A stretch of 63,877 nt of DNA, counting the filler, from Welwitschia mirabilis (taxonomy: Eukaryota): assembly GCA_051453625.1 (NCBI GenBank). It is 6 parts of one record of this genome, joined end to end, with 100 filler letters (N's around TTAATTAATTAA, not from the genome) between each part and the next. Parts side by side here need not be neighbours in the genome. Positions count along the whole stretch, not along the records: positions 1 to 25,804 come from JBOZIK010000001.1; 5 more parts are not named here. One strand, given 5' to 3'. The notes below the pieces were generated by a model. It had not been told where the DNA came from, did no database searches, and was given only the letters and a program-made list of their open reading frames with translations. Of this stretch, positions 12,780 through 25,904 are shown one piece after another (within the stretch, counting starts at the first letter, position 1; every line of letters begins with the position of its first letter). The position numbers were made by a program, and so were the translations under genes.

Positions 12780-14160
12780 CTTTATGTTATTTACATCATA
12801 GAAGACTTTGATTGTTAGAAACTAATAAACACTTCACATCATTCTATAATTGTAGAATAGACATCTTATTTATTATCATTAATAAAGTAGCAACTTCTTG
12901 TTCATATTCCTTCAAAACTGTATAATCATTTTTTTGAAATTATATGTAATAACCATTGTGTCATAATTATCCAATAATTAAAAGATTCTCAGTTAATGCA
13001 AGAACATAATAAATATCTGAAATGGTGTAACTATACTTAATTTAGAAGGAAATGTAGGAGAACTTATACCTTCAATGGTAACTTTTCCATCATTTCCANN
13101 NGATACTTCCCCTTCGTGAGAATAGGCATCTGAGAGAATCTTCTTATCTTCAGTCATGTGACTACTATAATCATTATTGAGATACCAAATATTACTAGTG
13201 TCTTTCTTGTAATCCTGAGTCAAATACGATGTTTCCTTCTGTGAAAAACAACTTGATTCTTTATTCTTCATACTTGTAGAAAAGATTTCTTTCTTCTTGA
13301 ATATTTTGATCTCTTATTTTCTTGAAACATTAAGAATCATCATTATTTGTTATTTAATAATAAGCATAAAACTCATTACCTTTTCCATTTCTGCTTTGAA
13401 ACCTTCTTTTGTTACCTCCTTTTTCATGAGAGCTATCACATGAGTTAGAGGAATTACTTGATCACTTTTGAAATCTTTTCCTATTAGGAAAACTATGTAC
13501 ACTTACTTAAGTCTTGAATGCATGTGTAGTTTGATTATTGCAATCTACTACTCTTTGATCATATGTCTTTAGGCTTCTAATACGCTCGATCATGATCCAT
13601 CTTAAGAGGTTGTAGGCCTCTTAAATTATAAATACAATAGGATCAAATTTTCTAGATAAGCTTTACAAAACTTTTGTAATAATTTTTGAATCACCAAGGT
13701 TTTTGTCTACCAAGCATAGATAATTATACTCTCTTGTACTCTATTGATAAATTGATCAGTAGATTCAGAATCTTTCATTCATAAAGATTCAAAATCTCTC
13801 ATTAACATTTGAAGCTTAATAACTTGAACTTTGGTTAATCCTTTATACGAAACTATCAAAGCATCCAGAGCATCCTTAGAATACTTAAGCTCAATAATTT
13901 TTGAAAAAATTGTTCTATCAACACCTAATTAGATAGTAAATAAATATTTTCCATCTAACATTTTTTGTGTTCATATTTCTTTCTTTACACTCTCATTTAG
14001 TTATGGAAATGTAAAAGGATCCTTTACATTTGTGAAGCCTTTCATGATCAAATCCAATAGATCTTATGAAATAAGAAACATCTTCATCCTAGTAGCTCTA
14101 TATTCATAGTCATCACCATTGAAAACTAGTATTGTAAGTGAAACACTTTTTGAATCATTC
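12780..14160 (-). pseudogene. Copia gag-protease-GAG-pre-integrase remnant
   Basis: UBN2-type gag N-terminus at ~14160-13560; WYLNNDYSSHMT (WYLDSGCSNHMT-like) in ORF 12993-13271; degraded CxxC-like segment at ~12800-12845. Confidence 0.8.
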
Positions 14161-14202
14161 ATTATGTTGGTAAAGACAATTATCAAAAACCTTTACTACC
14201 AA

Positions 14203-14214
14203 GCTCTAATATCA
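14203..14214 (-). promoter_or_regulatory. Degraded tRNA-Met(i) primer binding site
   Basis: Minus strand TGATATTAGAGC vs canonical TGGTATCAGAGC (two transitions), 2 nt from the LTR terminus. Confidence 0.8.
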
Positions 14215-14216
14215 AT

Positions 14217-14370
14217 TGTTGAAGTATGAGCCCAAAGATCAATTATAAAACTAATCAATGAGGAGACAAAACAAAGAAATGAACTTATTATTCAATAAAA
14301 AAGGCTATTCAATAAATATATAAGCTAATGCTAAATATAGTTGAGAAAATAAAGGATGAAATTAGGGAGA
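14217..14370 (-). repeat. Copia 5' LTR (part alignable to the 3' LTR)
   Basis: Begins TGTTG on + strand immediately beside the PBS; homologous to 9776-9929. Confidence 0.8.
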
Positions 14371-17300
14371 ATATCAAGGATAAAATGCAAGAGAAACCTA
14401 GGAAATAAATATTTTCTAGGATTTTAACGATTTAGTTCTAAAATAGATGTTATTGCATTTAATGAATAATATTAATAAATGACTAAAGGAATCAATTGCC
14501 TTAAATATATATTCTACATATTTAGTTGTAAACTTCCTTTAAAATTGTACTATTGATTAAATGTAGTATTTGACCTTTGTTTATCTTTCAATGTATTTGC
14601 ATCTCCACCAATCCCTTTTCCCCTTTTTTTTTGGCATTATCTAATTTTTACTAAACTAAAAATAGTTTTAGGCTACTCTTCTTATAGCTAAAATTATGGC
14701 ATTATATTTTCACTTCTCTTTTTGTTTTTTCCCTCTATTTCATGCATATATCAATCATTAAAACTATTAAAGCCTTCACATATTTAAAAAACCTAAAAGA
14801 AAGAAAGTTAAAATACTTTAAACTAATAATTATCTATAACGATATAGGAGAAATATTACTTGACATTCATCCTCTAGTAGATTTTAGTTTTAGCAAGCAT
14901 GTTATGAGAAATTTGTCATATTTTAGCATTACTAGAAAACACTGAAAAAGATAAACATTCAGGTTTATATTATTTCTATCTAATTTGAATGCTTGAAGTA
15001 GAAAAAATAAATTTTCTTTTTGGTTGATTAACTACATAGATGGATTCATCACTATACCAAAAGAATCCCAATTTGAAAGATAAAAGATGATGCTAAAGTT
15101 GTTTAATCTTGTTCTTGTTATTTGTAATGAAATGATGACTGTTTTGAAGTTTAATAAAGCAAAAATAAAGCTTCTTATGAGAAAAGAGATGTGAGATATA
15201 TATTCATTGAAGGTTTTGATAGATGGATGTACTACAGCATTAAATGAAGTTTTTTCTGGTAGAAATATTTTCAATTTATATGTGGTTGATGGAGTTATTT
15301 TTGACATGAGTCATACCTTATGAAAAAATCATTACATGTTTGTGACAAAAACTTTACCTCCTTCATCATACCCTCATAAAGGAAAAGACTGTTTTGCTTG
15401 CTTTTTTTAGACACAGAGACTACATGCACATACGTAGATCTTAAAAGACTAGACAAAACACAACAAAATGAATCTATTATACCATAGCGTCATGTTATAT
15501 TACTTAGTAATTTTATTATATAAACTTCACCTAAATAAAGTTACAAAAAATATCAATCATGAACCACACATCTAGTTTAGCTTGTACAGGAAAATCTATG
15601 GATTGAAGTACTAAAATGTTAAAAAATATTCTAGATAAAATCCTTTCTTTACTAAAGTACTTATCCAAATTCTTATTAAAGAAATAATGAAAATGATGAA
15701 TGTACAAAAGCAAATCTTTAGACAAATCTCTAGTCTTAAATACAAGTGCATTGCTTCTCTTAATGGTTTGTTAATATCAAATGTTCAAGTGGCTAAATCT
15801 CCTTCTTAGCCTAAGCTTACTTCATTGAGATAGCTCACTAGAGTAACCATCATACTAGTCAAATAAAATAAAAGCAGGCTATTAAAGAGGAATTATAATC
15901 CTTAGCAAAATTAAAAATCCATGTCAAAGGTTTGATTTCATCTAGAACTAATTATTACTACTACATATATAATAAGTAAAATTTGTTAAAAAATTCAATC
16001 TAAAATGTAAATTCTATTTAAGTAAGGATATTATACCTATGATTGGTTTTATAACATTATAATATACAAAGAAATAGTTGAAAACTTTATAGGAAAATAA
16101 GATAAAATAATCTTATAAGAATCTATAATGGTTATCTAGATTAAGATGAACTTATANNNNNNNNNNNNNNNNNNNNNNNNNNNNNNNNNNNNNNNNNNNN
16201 NNNNNNNNNNNNNNNNNNNNNNGATAAATAAAATGAAGAAGATACATAGATCAAAACTAGATGAAGGAGATACAACAATTCTTCAGAGAAAAAATAAATA
16301 GCTTACACAAGAGATCAGTAGGATGAAACAGGAGAGGGGAAAAAAAGAAAGAAGAATAAGAAAACACAAAATAAAGATAAATATGCATACCTTCTACAAA
16401 AAGATAAGTTTATAAAGACAAGGAATGAAATGAATTACTTTAGTAATATCTTAATAAAGCATAATCATAGGTGACTTAGCTTAAAATGGAGTAAACTAGA
16501 GCTCTTAAGAAATAGAAAAACATTTAAGGAACATAAGCAAGGATTTAAAAATTGTGATAAAGCAGCTTAAGGACTTTGTAAATCTTGAAACATAATTAAC
16601 AATATTTGTATCCAACTCAAAGAGATTTATCAAAAACAAGTACATATTCAACTTGTGTGGTTTCCACAATAAGCCAAGCCTCTTTTGCTTTAACAATCTA
16701 TAAAGCACGAAGAAGCTATAGGATAAGCTTCAAAGACAATTATCATAGTAAGAGTAACCATTATAGAAGTGAGTAATGAAGCAAATATAGAAGTATAAAT
16801 ATGATAAATGATCATAAATTATAGCTAAAAGTTTATCATATNNNNNNNNNNNNNNNNNNNNNNNNNNNNNNNNNNNNNNNNNNNNNNNNNNNNNNNNNNN
16901 NNNNNNNNNNNNNNNNNNNNNNNNNNNNNNNNNNNNNNNNNNNNNNNNNNNNNNNNNNNNNNNNNNNNNNNNNNNNNNNNNNNNNNNNNNNNNNNNNNNN
17001 NNNNNNNNNNNNNNNNNNNNNNNNNNNNNNNNNNNNNNNNNNNNNNNNNNNNNNNNNNNNNNNNNNNNNNNNNNNNNNNNNNNNNNNNNNNNNNNNNNNN
17101 NNNNNNNNNNNNNNNNNNNNNNNNNNNNNNNNNNNNNNNNNNNNNNNNNNNNNNNNNNNNNNNAGTTTCTTAAAAATGTTCCTATCCTACTAATTAATAA
17201 AATTAAATTAAATCAGTATGATAAAATACAAATTGATTTGAAAGACGATAAAGACAAATAAAAATTATAGATTAAGGCAGATAAAGATAAAGTAGTTTCA

Positions 17301-18343
17301 AAGATGATAAATGTCAAAAGAAATTCAAGTCAAAAAGAATAAAGATGAAACAAATACAAGTGGATCTAAAAGTTAAAAATATAAATTCCCATTCTATAGT
17401 GAAGTCAAAATTAAAGACGATTGGTAGTAAGTTAATGTAATTCACTTAGTACTTGTTAACCTAGTAATGAAATATGAACTAGTATGTTTCATTCTTAATC
17501 TAAAAGATACACCCTTTCTATGACAAGAAAAGTAGTATAAGACAAATAGAATCTATTTCAAAGAAAATAAATCATTAAATTAAATCAAGATCCAAGAGAG
17601 AAAAATATGTAATAAAAAAATAGAAGTCACAAAGACTGAAGTCTATAGAATCAAGTAGGTGATTGGTGAATGAATCACTTGCTTACATGCTTGTCAAAAA
17701 TATTATTCATAATAATGATCCTTTTTTAACTTATTAAAATTTTTTATTAATGTAATATAACATTTTATTTATATTAATAATTAGGTATATCCTTTCTCCT
17801 TATTTCTATTATTTTGAAGCAATCTCCTCATATTGTGGCATTTATTTCTAAATATAATAAAATCACAACATATAAATCCTTCAAACTTGATTCTAAAACA
17901 TGGGCTTGAAGCATTATTGCTTTAAATATACTATTTCTAAACTTTTTGATCTTCTTAGATGATACCATGTTGGGAATTTTGATGGTTTTATGTGTAAAAG
18001 TGAAAAAATATAATTTTACATTAATGATGTAAAATAATGAAATGAAGAATTATATGAACTAAAATTGTATTACGATCTGATGTGTTATAGTATAATCTAC
18101 ATATTTTTATGGAAAGATGTAATTCTTTAAGAAAATAGCTTTAGAAATGTTGTGATGCTNNNNNNNNNNNNNNNNNNNNNNNNNNAAATTATAAAATTTG
18201 ATTTAATAGATAAATAAAGACTTTAGAGTTTGATTTATTGTAGTAAGACATAGTTGTTTAAAAAAATAAAATACATTATTTTTGTTTTTCAATTATTATG
18301 TAATTTATCAAATCATGTTTCATATAAACATTTCCTTAAACTT

Positions 18344-19900
18344 CTAAGTCTCTATCATTGCTTTGTAGATTCCTTCAATTGGCTTTATGAGTCTATCTAC
18401 TGCTAAACACCAAGTGTTAATGTATTTTAATTTGCTAAATCCTTTAGAGCATGGGTTCTCTAATACATTAGAACTTAAATTTAATATGATTTTACTTTCG
18501 TGAATCAAGGGATTTCTCACATGTGTAATCATGCTTTGATTATCATAATGAACACTAATTCAAGCTTGAACATATCTTTTAAGATATCTTAGGATTTAAT
18601 GGATTTAATTCAATTCATAACATAATATTACTACTATAATATATTTGACTTTGATAGAATAAAGTCTTATTAACTTCTATTTTTGGGTTGGATATGAAAC
18701 AATGTTTTCATTAAACTATATGATACAACCTAGGGTGGATCCACCATATTTAACATTTTCTAATCTAAATGTGTGTAATTAATTATAATTTCTTTACCTT
18801 TTCTAATTACTATGTCAATTTTCTAGCTAACTATTTCAATATATTGATTACTAGATTTCTATGTATTTTATTTAAAAAATGCATATCTATGATGTGCTTG
18901 TCAATCAAAGGTGTAATATTTGGTCTTATATTCATCAGATATCTCAAATTCATAATCATAATATGATAATTTATGGGCTCAATGCTTTTGGTTATTTAAT
19001 AAAGTTTATTCTTCATACCTAGCTTCATGGAATTGTTTCATCAATATTAGTTTTTCAACTATTTTTTATTAAGTATTTATTGACATATTTTTCTTAAAAC
19101 ATTTTAAATATTTTATTTAGAACTTTAAATTTTTTACCTAAGGAATTTCTTACTCCCTTCATTTTTGCTCTGTACTTCCCTCTTAATTTTATGTCTTTAA
19201 CATAAACTAATAGTATTATATCTCTCTTATCTTAGCCATGTTTTATTAGTTCATAATATTTGAAAGCCTATAAAATGCTTAAGATCTTCNNNNNNNNNNT
19301 AAATTTTTAACTCAAATCATTATTTAATCTTATGTTATTAACATAGACTAAAAATAATATTATAGCTCTCTTATATTATCTAGTTGCTTTACATTAAGAT
19401 TTATATCTATAAGAGACTTCTTAAAACTTATATTTTTAAGAAATTCATTAATTTTTTAAAATCACATGTCATAATCTTGTTTCATGCCATAAAGGAATCA
19501 GTTTGTAGAATTTTATTTTATGGCATTAAAATTCAAAGAATCTAGTTTGAGTTATGGATATTTCTACTTCAAAGTCTTTATTTAGGTATGTAGACTTAAT
19601 ACAAGTAGGTGGAAGCTCCATTTCTATTAAACTACTAAAGAAATAATGATTCATAATGTATGACTCTTTGCTATGCGATTTCAATATTTTATCATAGTTG
19701 ATTTCATATTTTGAGTAAAAATATTGATAGTTGTACTTCACATGAAACACCCATTTCATATCAATTGGCTTCTTTGTTACTTTGGCTAGTTTCCAAGTTT
19801 GATTCTTTTGAGCATATCATACTACTCTTGCATTATCATTTTTGAATTTGGATTTTCAAGAGCATCCTTGATAAGGGCTAGTTATTTATCAAATCTTTAA
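18344..19900 (-). mobile_element. Highly decayed Ty1/copia RT-RNase H remnant
   Basis: DALENPNSKMIMQE..KNQTWKL..KPIDMKWVFHVKY (RT start, ORF 19526-19759); VHYDNQSMITHVRNPLIHESK...VDRLIKPI (RNase H, like YCDNQSAI..NPV.H.RTKHI...ADILTKPL). Confidence 0.8.
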
Positions 19901-20430
19901 TTAACATTAGCAATAAATTCTTTTCCACTTTATGTGGATTAATTTGGATTCTCTTCGATGAACAAGGATAAGCTAGATAAGCTAATTAAAATTAGTCTTA
20001 TCATATCTTAGGAAGCATTTGGATGTGAATTTAAGATAATTAAAAAAGGATTGAGCAATCAAGAGAATATAATTTCCTTTTACTAAGTAATAATTTAGAT
20101 AACTTAAATTATTTAAAAAATGTCATTCTGAAAAAAAAGCTAAAAAGAACTATTTGATTTTAACTTAACTATGAATATAAAAAGAAAGATGAATGATATT
20201 AATTTTATAATGCTAATAGTCTATCACCCTAGGAATAATGCATGAAAATATAATATAATGGTATGAAAATTAATTTCTAATAAAGACATAAATATATTGC
20301 ATATCACATAACTAAAAAAAAAGAAGCATCAATTTACACTAGAAATCATATTGCACATTGAACGAGTTATATGCATAAATAATTGATATGAAACTAAAAC
20401 ATGCTAAGTAAACTATGATATTTAGATTAA

Positions 20431-20718
20431 AATAAACTTGAACCTTTAACTACAACTTCTACACTTATATTTACTACAATTTATAATGTAAAAACTAGAA
20501 ATAAAAATAGAAAATAAAAAATTTAAATTAAAGGAACTAACTCAAAAGGACTTCAATAGAATTTCAACAAGAAAATAAAATTGAATCTTGAACTACAACT
20601 TCTACGCCTATATCTAATACAACTTAGAATGCAAAAACTAGAAATAAAAATAGAAAATAAAAAAAATTAAATTAAAGAAACTAAATCAAAAGTACTTCAC
20701 TAGCATTTCAAGAAGAAA
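20431..20718. repeat. Two-copy tandem duplication, ~143 bp period
   Basis: aataaacttgaacctttaactacaacttctacac...ttcaacaagaaa at 20431 recurs as aataaaattgaatcttgaactacaacttctacgc...ttcaagaagaaa at 20574; no gap between copies. Confidence 0.85.
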
Positions 20719-21149
20719 GCCTTGACTGGATTACATGTCATGGAATCAAATTAAATATTAGATTTAAAAAATCTTTGATGCTAATCCTTTATTATAGAAA
20801 AAATAAAGTATAATAAGAGCTTGATTAATTTTTAAAGGATTTTATAATATCTAGATTTCCTTTTAAATGGAGATGGATTATCTTTATACTTGAATTCTGA
20901 CTGAATTTGTAGAAGTCTCACAATGAATTATAAGTTGAGTTAAATATGAAAATGTATAATTTAAGTGAATATTATTATGATATTAACTTATTCCTTTGAC
21001 TTCTTATTATGTTCTCATAGTTTCTTATTACATGCTGAATAGATTATTGACTATATGTACTAAATCTTTAATTCTTATAGAATATCTATCAATGGTAGTT
21101 AGAAATTTTGTTAATAATTAATAGGTTTATGATTTCTAGAGTTAACCAT

Positions 21150-21610
21150 GGATTTTACTTTATCACATTGTAATAGATTCAAAACTTTTTCTATTTTAAG
21201 ACTTATTAATAGCTGATAAGTCATCTTATCATAGTTTTATTGATGACTGATGGATTATCAATAAGTCATCTTTTCTTATTACAATGTGATAGATGGTTGA
21301 TGGCTAATGGGTTATCATTTTCAACTAAATTTTATTATAGATGGTTGATAATCAATAAGGTTCATTCATGATCTTTATCTTGTGATAGATCTGCTCTTAT
21401 TTATTTTTAGATTTGGCCTTATATTTAAAGCTGTTAAATAACTATATTTTATAAGTTATTAATAGCTATCAATAATTAATAATTAGTTAATAACATGTCT
21501 TTCTTTATTACATTGTGTTAGAACTTTAAACTATTTTCTTTGTTATTTCTATCGATTATCAATATCTATCTTATTGCTTACTTCTCACATTATGATAAAG
21601 ATGCATAACT
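21150..21610. repeat. Degenerate sub-repeats (cacattgtgatagat core), probably LTR-derived
   Basis: Variants of (c)acattgtgatagat near 21165, 21281, 21335, 21378, 21510 and 21586. Confidence 0.45.
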
Positions 21611-24591
21611 TTATTAACTCATCAGTATCTATCACAGAATTATCAATAATTGATCATGATATTAATAATAAAGAATAGTACTTTATCTAAAGAAAATGCA
21701 TTTTTAAACATTACTACATCTTAAAATTGAATAAAATCCCATTATTGGTTTTTTTTCTGTTCTTTTCTTTTCTTTTTTTTTTGAAGTGGCTCATTTAATA
21801 ATTAATTTGACAAGGAAAAGCATGATTCATTTATGAAATTTATTATGCTATTACATCGCTATTTTTAATTTGTAATGGTTCCTTAATTACTTACTTAATT
21901 AGTAATTTAAATTTTGGTTAATACTAATGCGAATGTAATAGTATGCTCATAGAATAAATAGAAGAAGAGATGTTATGTTAAATTCCTTCAAAATTCATTA
22001 TAGAAAACACATAATGATTAGATGATGTAATAGACATTACAACATAATAATTTAATGTATATTTCCTATGAGTCCTCTCCTTTTATAAGAGGTGATGGAT
22101 TTGTGACATGTCTAACCTTAAGACCTAGATGTAATTTTATTTCTCTAACCTCTCTTATAAGATTATCAATTCTAGACTCTAAATTTTGCATCTAATCTTG
22201 GATTTATTATCTTATGCCATGAATATCCCCTTTGGAGAACTAAATTGCTATATAAGAAATGTCATAAGGATGGTATTTACTTGTGCCCATTCTTTTTCTA
22301 GGGGTTGTAATTCTCCCACTTTCCCTTCTCTATAAGATAAATCATTATAAGATTCTTTATCATTAATATTACCATTTGCATTGAAGCTTTATGAGTGGGT
22401 TTNNNNNNNNNNNNNNNNNNNNNNNNNNNNNNNNNNNNNNNNNNNNNNNNNNNNNNNNNNNNNNNNNNNNNNNNNNNNNNNNNNNNNNNNNNNNNNNNNN
22501 NNGGTTTAGTATCATAACCTGGTCTTGAATTATTCTTAAGAAGAATAGACTTTTTATTTTTAATTAATTAAATTACATTATTAATTGTCATAACGTATCA
22601 ATTAGGTTATGACTAAGAGACTTACCTTTCAATTATCCACAAGCTATACCTTAGGAAAACTATATAATAATCACTCAACTGATTAATGCCATATTCAATC
22701 TTGAGATTATTAAACAATTACATAATAGATTTTACCTAAATCTAGTTTCTAGGATCTTAATTAGAAATACATAATAAAGGTGTAAAGTCATGATGGAGTG
22801 GTTGATTGCACCAGTAGCTANNNNNNNNNNNNNNNNNNNNNNNNNNNNNNNNNNNNNNNNNNNNNNNNNNNNNNNNNNNNNNNNNNNNNNNNNNNNNNNN
22901 NNNNNNNNNNNNNNNNNNNNNNNNNNNNNNNNNNNNNNNNNNNNNNNNNNNNNNNNNNNNNNNNNNNNNNNNNNNNNNNNNNNNNNNNNNNNNNNNNNNN
23001 NNNNNNNNNNNNNNNNNNNNNNNNNNNNNNNNNNNNNNNNNNNNNNNNNNNNNNNNNNNNNNNNNNNNNNNNNNNNNNNNNNNNNNNNNNNNNNNNNNNN
23101 NNNNNNNNNNNNNNNNNNNNNNNNNNNNNNNNNNNNNNNNNNNNNNNNNNNNNNNNNNNNNNNNNNNNNNNNNNNNNNNNNNNNNNNNNNNNNNNNNNNN
23201 NNNNNNNNNNNNNNNNNNNNNNNNNNNNNNNNNNNNNNNNNNNNNNNNNNNNNNNNNNNNNNNNNNNNNNNNNNNNNNNNNNNNNNNNNNNNNNNNNNNN
23301 NNNNNNNNNNNNNNNNNNNNNNNNNNNNNNNNNNNNNNNNNNNNNNNNNNNNNNNNNNNNNNNNNNNNNNNNNNNNNNNNNNNNNNNNNNNACCAGTAGC
23401 TATGTGTCCTTATATAAAAGAGCTTAAATCACACATAGTTCTACCCTAGTTTCCATCTTCATTGATACACATGTATGATAGATCAAGATGATGTTTATCA
23501 ATGGGCATGTGAAAACAATTATGCATGAACCAATACAAGAAATAATACAAGAACTTAATATGCAACTCAATTAGAAGAAGAGTATGGTGCCAAATTAAAA
23601 TGAAGTAATACTAAAAGATATGACACACCNNNNNNNNNNNNNNNNNNNNNNNNNNNNNNNNNNNNNNNNNNNNNNNNNNNNNNNNNNNNNNNNNNNNNNN
23701 NNNNNNNNNNNNNNNNNNNNNNNNNNNNNNNNNNNNNNNNNNNNNNNNNNNNNNNNNNNNNNNNNNNNNNNNNACAACATATAAATATAACGATGTATGT
23801 ATATATAGCTATATATATAATTTGAAAAGGAAATAGCCCATATACCACTAATTAGATTATGAATCTCAATAAGACTTAGCATAATAAAAGTTAAAGGATA
23901 AAGAAAGCTAATGAAAAGCTCGGCTATTTCAATGATCATCATAGAAAAATCACTAATATTATGTCATTACATGTGAAAGATAAAAAGTACCTACTTTAGA
24001 CATTTAATTCATATGCATGAACGTNNNNNNNNNNNNNNNNNNNNNNNNNNNNNNNNNNNNNNNNNNNNNNNNNNNNNNNNNNNNNNNNNNNNNNNNNNNN
24101 NNNNNNNNNNNNNNNNNNNNNNNNNNNNNNNNNNNNNNNNNNNNNNNNNNNNNNNNNNNNNNNNNNNNNNNNNNNNNNNNNNNNNNNNNNNNNNNNNNNN
24201 NNNNNNNTTTTTAAATTACTTTGCATAAAAAGGAACATGTAAATAATATGCCTGGAATAATAAGAACAACAAGGAACAATTTAGCAAAAGATGGAATTTA
24301 TTATTAGAAGTAGCAAATTACATTTCTTATCATTTACTTAATAGTCCTAGACTAGTGTTCGAAGGTAAAGACATGGACTATGATCTAATCCCCTCTCCTG
24401 AGACCTGTACGAATTAGTCATGGTTGTCATCAGTTATATCCACGTCCTCCCTAACATCATAGGCTTTTATAACATAAATGAAAGGACAAAGTTTTACTTA
24501 TTTGGATTACACCTATTTATAATAACATATTAATCACACTTATTTAGTATCTTAATAACTTCTTTACAAATAGTAAATTTGGAACATTAGA

Positions 24592-25804
24592 TTCCCTCCT
24601 TCCCCTTAAGCATCCTGCTCATCCTTGAGTATAGTTTCTTCTCTTCTTATATCATTCATGAAGGCATGCTTATCGAAATTATTTTTTAATTATCTATAAA
24701 ACATAAGAGAAGGAAAAATATTGCACATTTAGAGATGCACTAACAATGAAGCATGTCATGTTGTATTAAAAAGTTTGAAAAAAGTCTTCTACATGTACTC
24801 CCTATTTTTCCAAGTTTGTTAATTATAGTGGATTTAGTAGATAAGTACTTTATTTACATTTCTATTTTTCACTTGCTTAGTTCTAGTATTTAAAAAATTT
24901 TTAGGTTAAACAACAAAGGTCAAGTTGGGTCTCAGCATAATATGCTGCCAATTTAGGGTGTAGTCTTAATTCTTATCCTTATAGTAAGGTATTAATGTGC
25001 TTACATGAAAACCTAAATGAATTTGAGACATTCACAAGGATAGTTCTAGTTTATAGGCTAGATCCCCTATCCTTTTAATGATCTTGAATTCATCATAATA
25101 TCGAGGACTAGCTTATTATATTTTCTTAGTTTTAAGGAGTTTCTTTCTAAATTTATTTTTAGTAATACTTGTTTATCAACTTGAAATATATAAGTCTAAT
25201 GTTTCTGATTATAGTATTTCTTATACCAACCTTACATATCTTAGAGGTGTCTTTTTATTTTGGTAATTGTCTTTTCCATAATTTTTAATTTAGAAGGTAT
25301 AGTCCTTTCTGGTCTCTATGATGGATTGGACCATCTAATAGGGTTGGAGTAGTTTCTATCATACTTACTATAAATAATAAACATTAAATTAAGGTTTGAA
25401 AAGTCTAATTATAAGAAAACTCATACCCATATATGAGATATATATGAGATGCCCTACATATGGAACTGCATGAAGTTTAAACATTAACTTCCTTCTCCAT
25501 GGGCATTATGTAATGCAAAAACATTATTCTTTTAATAGATACTCATATTGTGAGATTGTGTAGGTGTTTACTTCTTCCCCTTCTTAGATTAGTTGGCATA
25601 TGTCTCCCAAGTATAGATCATTGGCTATGGATGTCTTAAGGAAAACTACTAAATCTTATGTAAACATGGTGAATAGCATGCACCACATTCTAATTAGGAT
25701 GTCTACAACTACTGTGGTATGTATTTATGCAATAGTTCACATTTTAATTTCAATCCTGTTAATTATAATAAGATGCAAAATACAACACGCTAGTATAGAC
25801 GGAG
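24592..25804 (-). mobile_element. Tekay/Del-like gypsy integrase remnant with PPT
   Basis: SPRYYDEFKIIKRIGDLAYKLELSL*MSQIHLGFHVSTL (KLSPRYIGPF..AY.L.LP..IHNVFHVS-like); purine tract aaggggaaggagggaa at 24592-24607 preceded by ctcaaggatgagcag; the 3' LTR probably extends leftward from ~24591. Confidence 0.75.
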
Positions 25805-25904
25805 NNNNNNNNNNNNNNNNNNNNNNNNNNNNNNNNNNNNNNNNNNNNTTAATTAATTAANNNNNNNNNNNNNNNNNNNNNNNNNNNNNNNNNNNNNNNN
25901 NNNN
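25805..25904. other. Artificial scaffold linker (44N-TTAATTAATTAA-44N)
   Basis: Identical 100-bp layout occurs five times in the window; the 12-mer gives stops in all six frames. Confidence 0.95.

Larger units (their letters stand above)
9776..14370 (-). mobile_element. Decayed Ty1/copia LTR retrotransposon with paired LTRs, integrase core apparently deleted
   Basis: LTR homology 9776-9929 vs 14217-14370; degraded tRNA-Met PBS at 14203-14214; gag VFNGDDYEY..RMKMFLIS*DLLDLIMKGF; protease WYLNNDYSSHMT; RT EPSS..DPPWIAVMQIEI...KWIYKIK; RNase H ISNKQST...EYVAM. True outer LTR end is beyond 14370 and unresolved. Confidence 0.9.
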
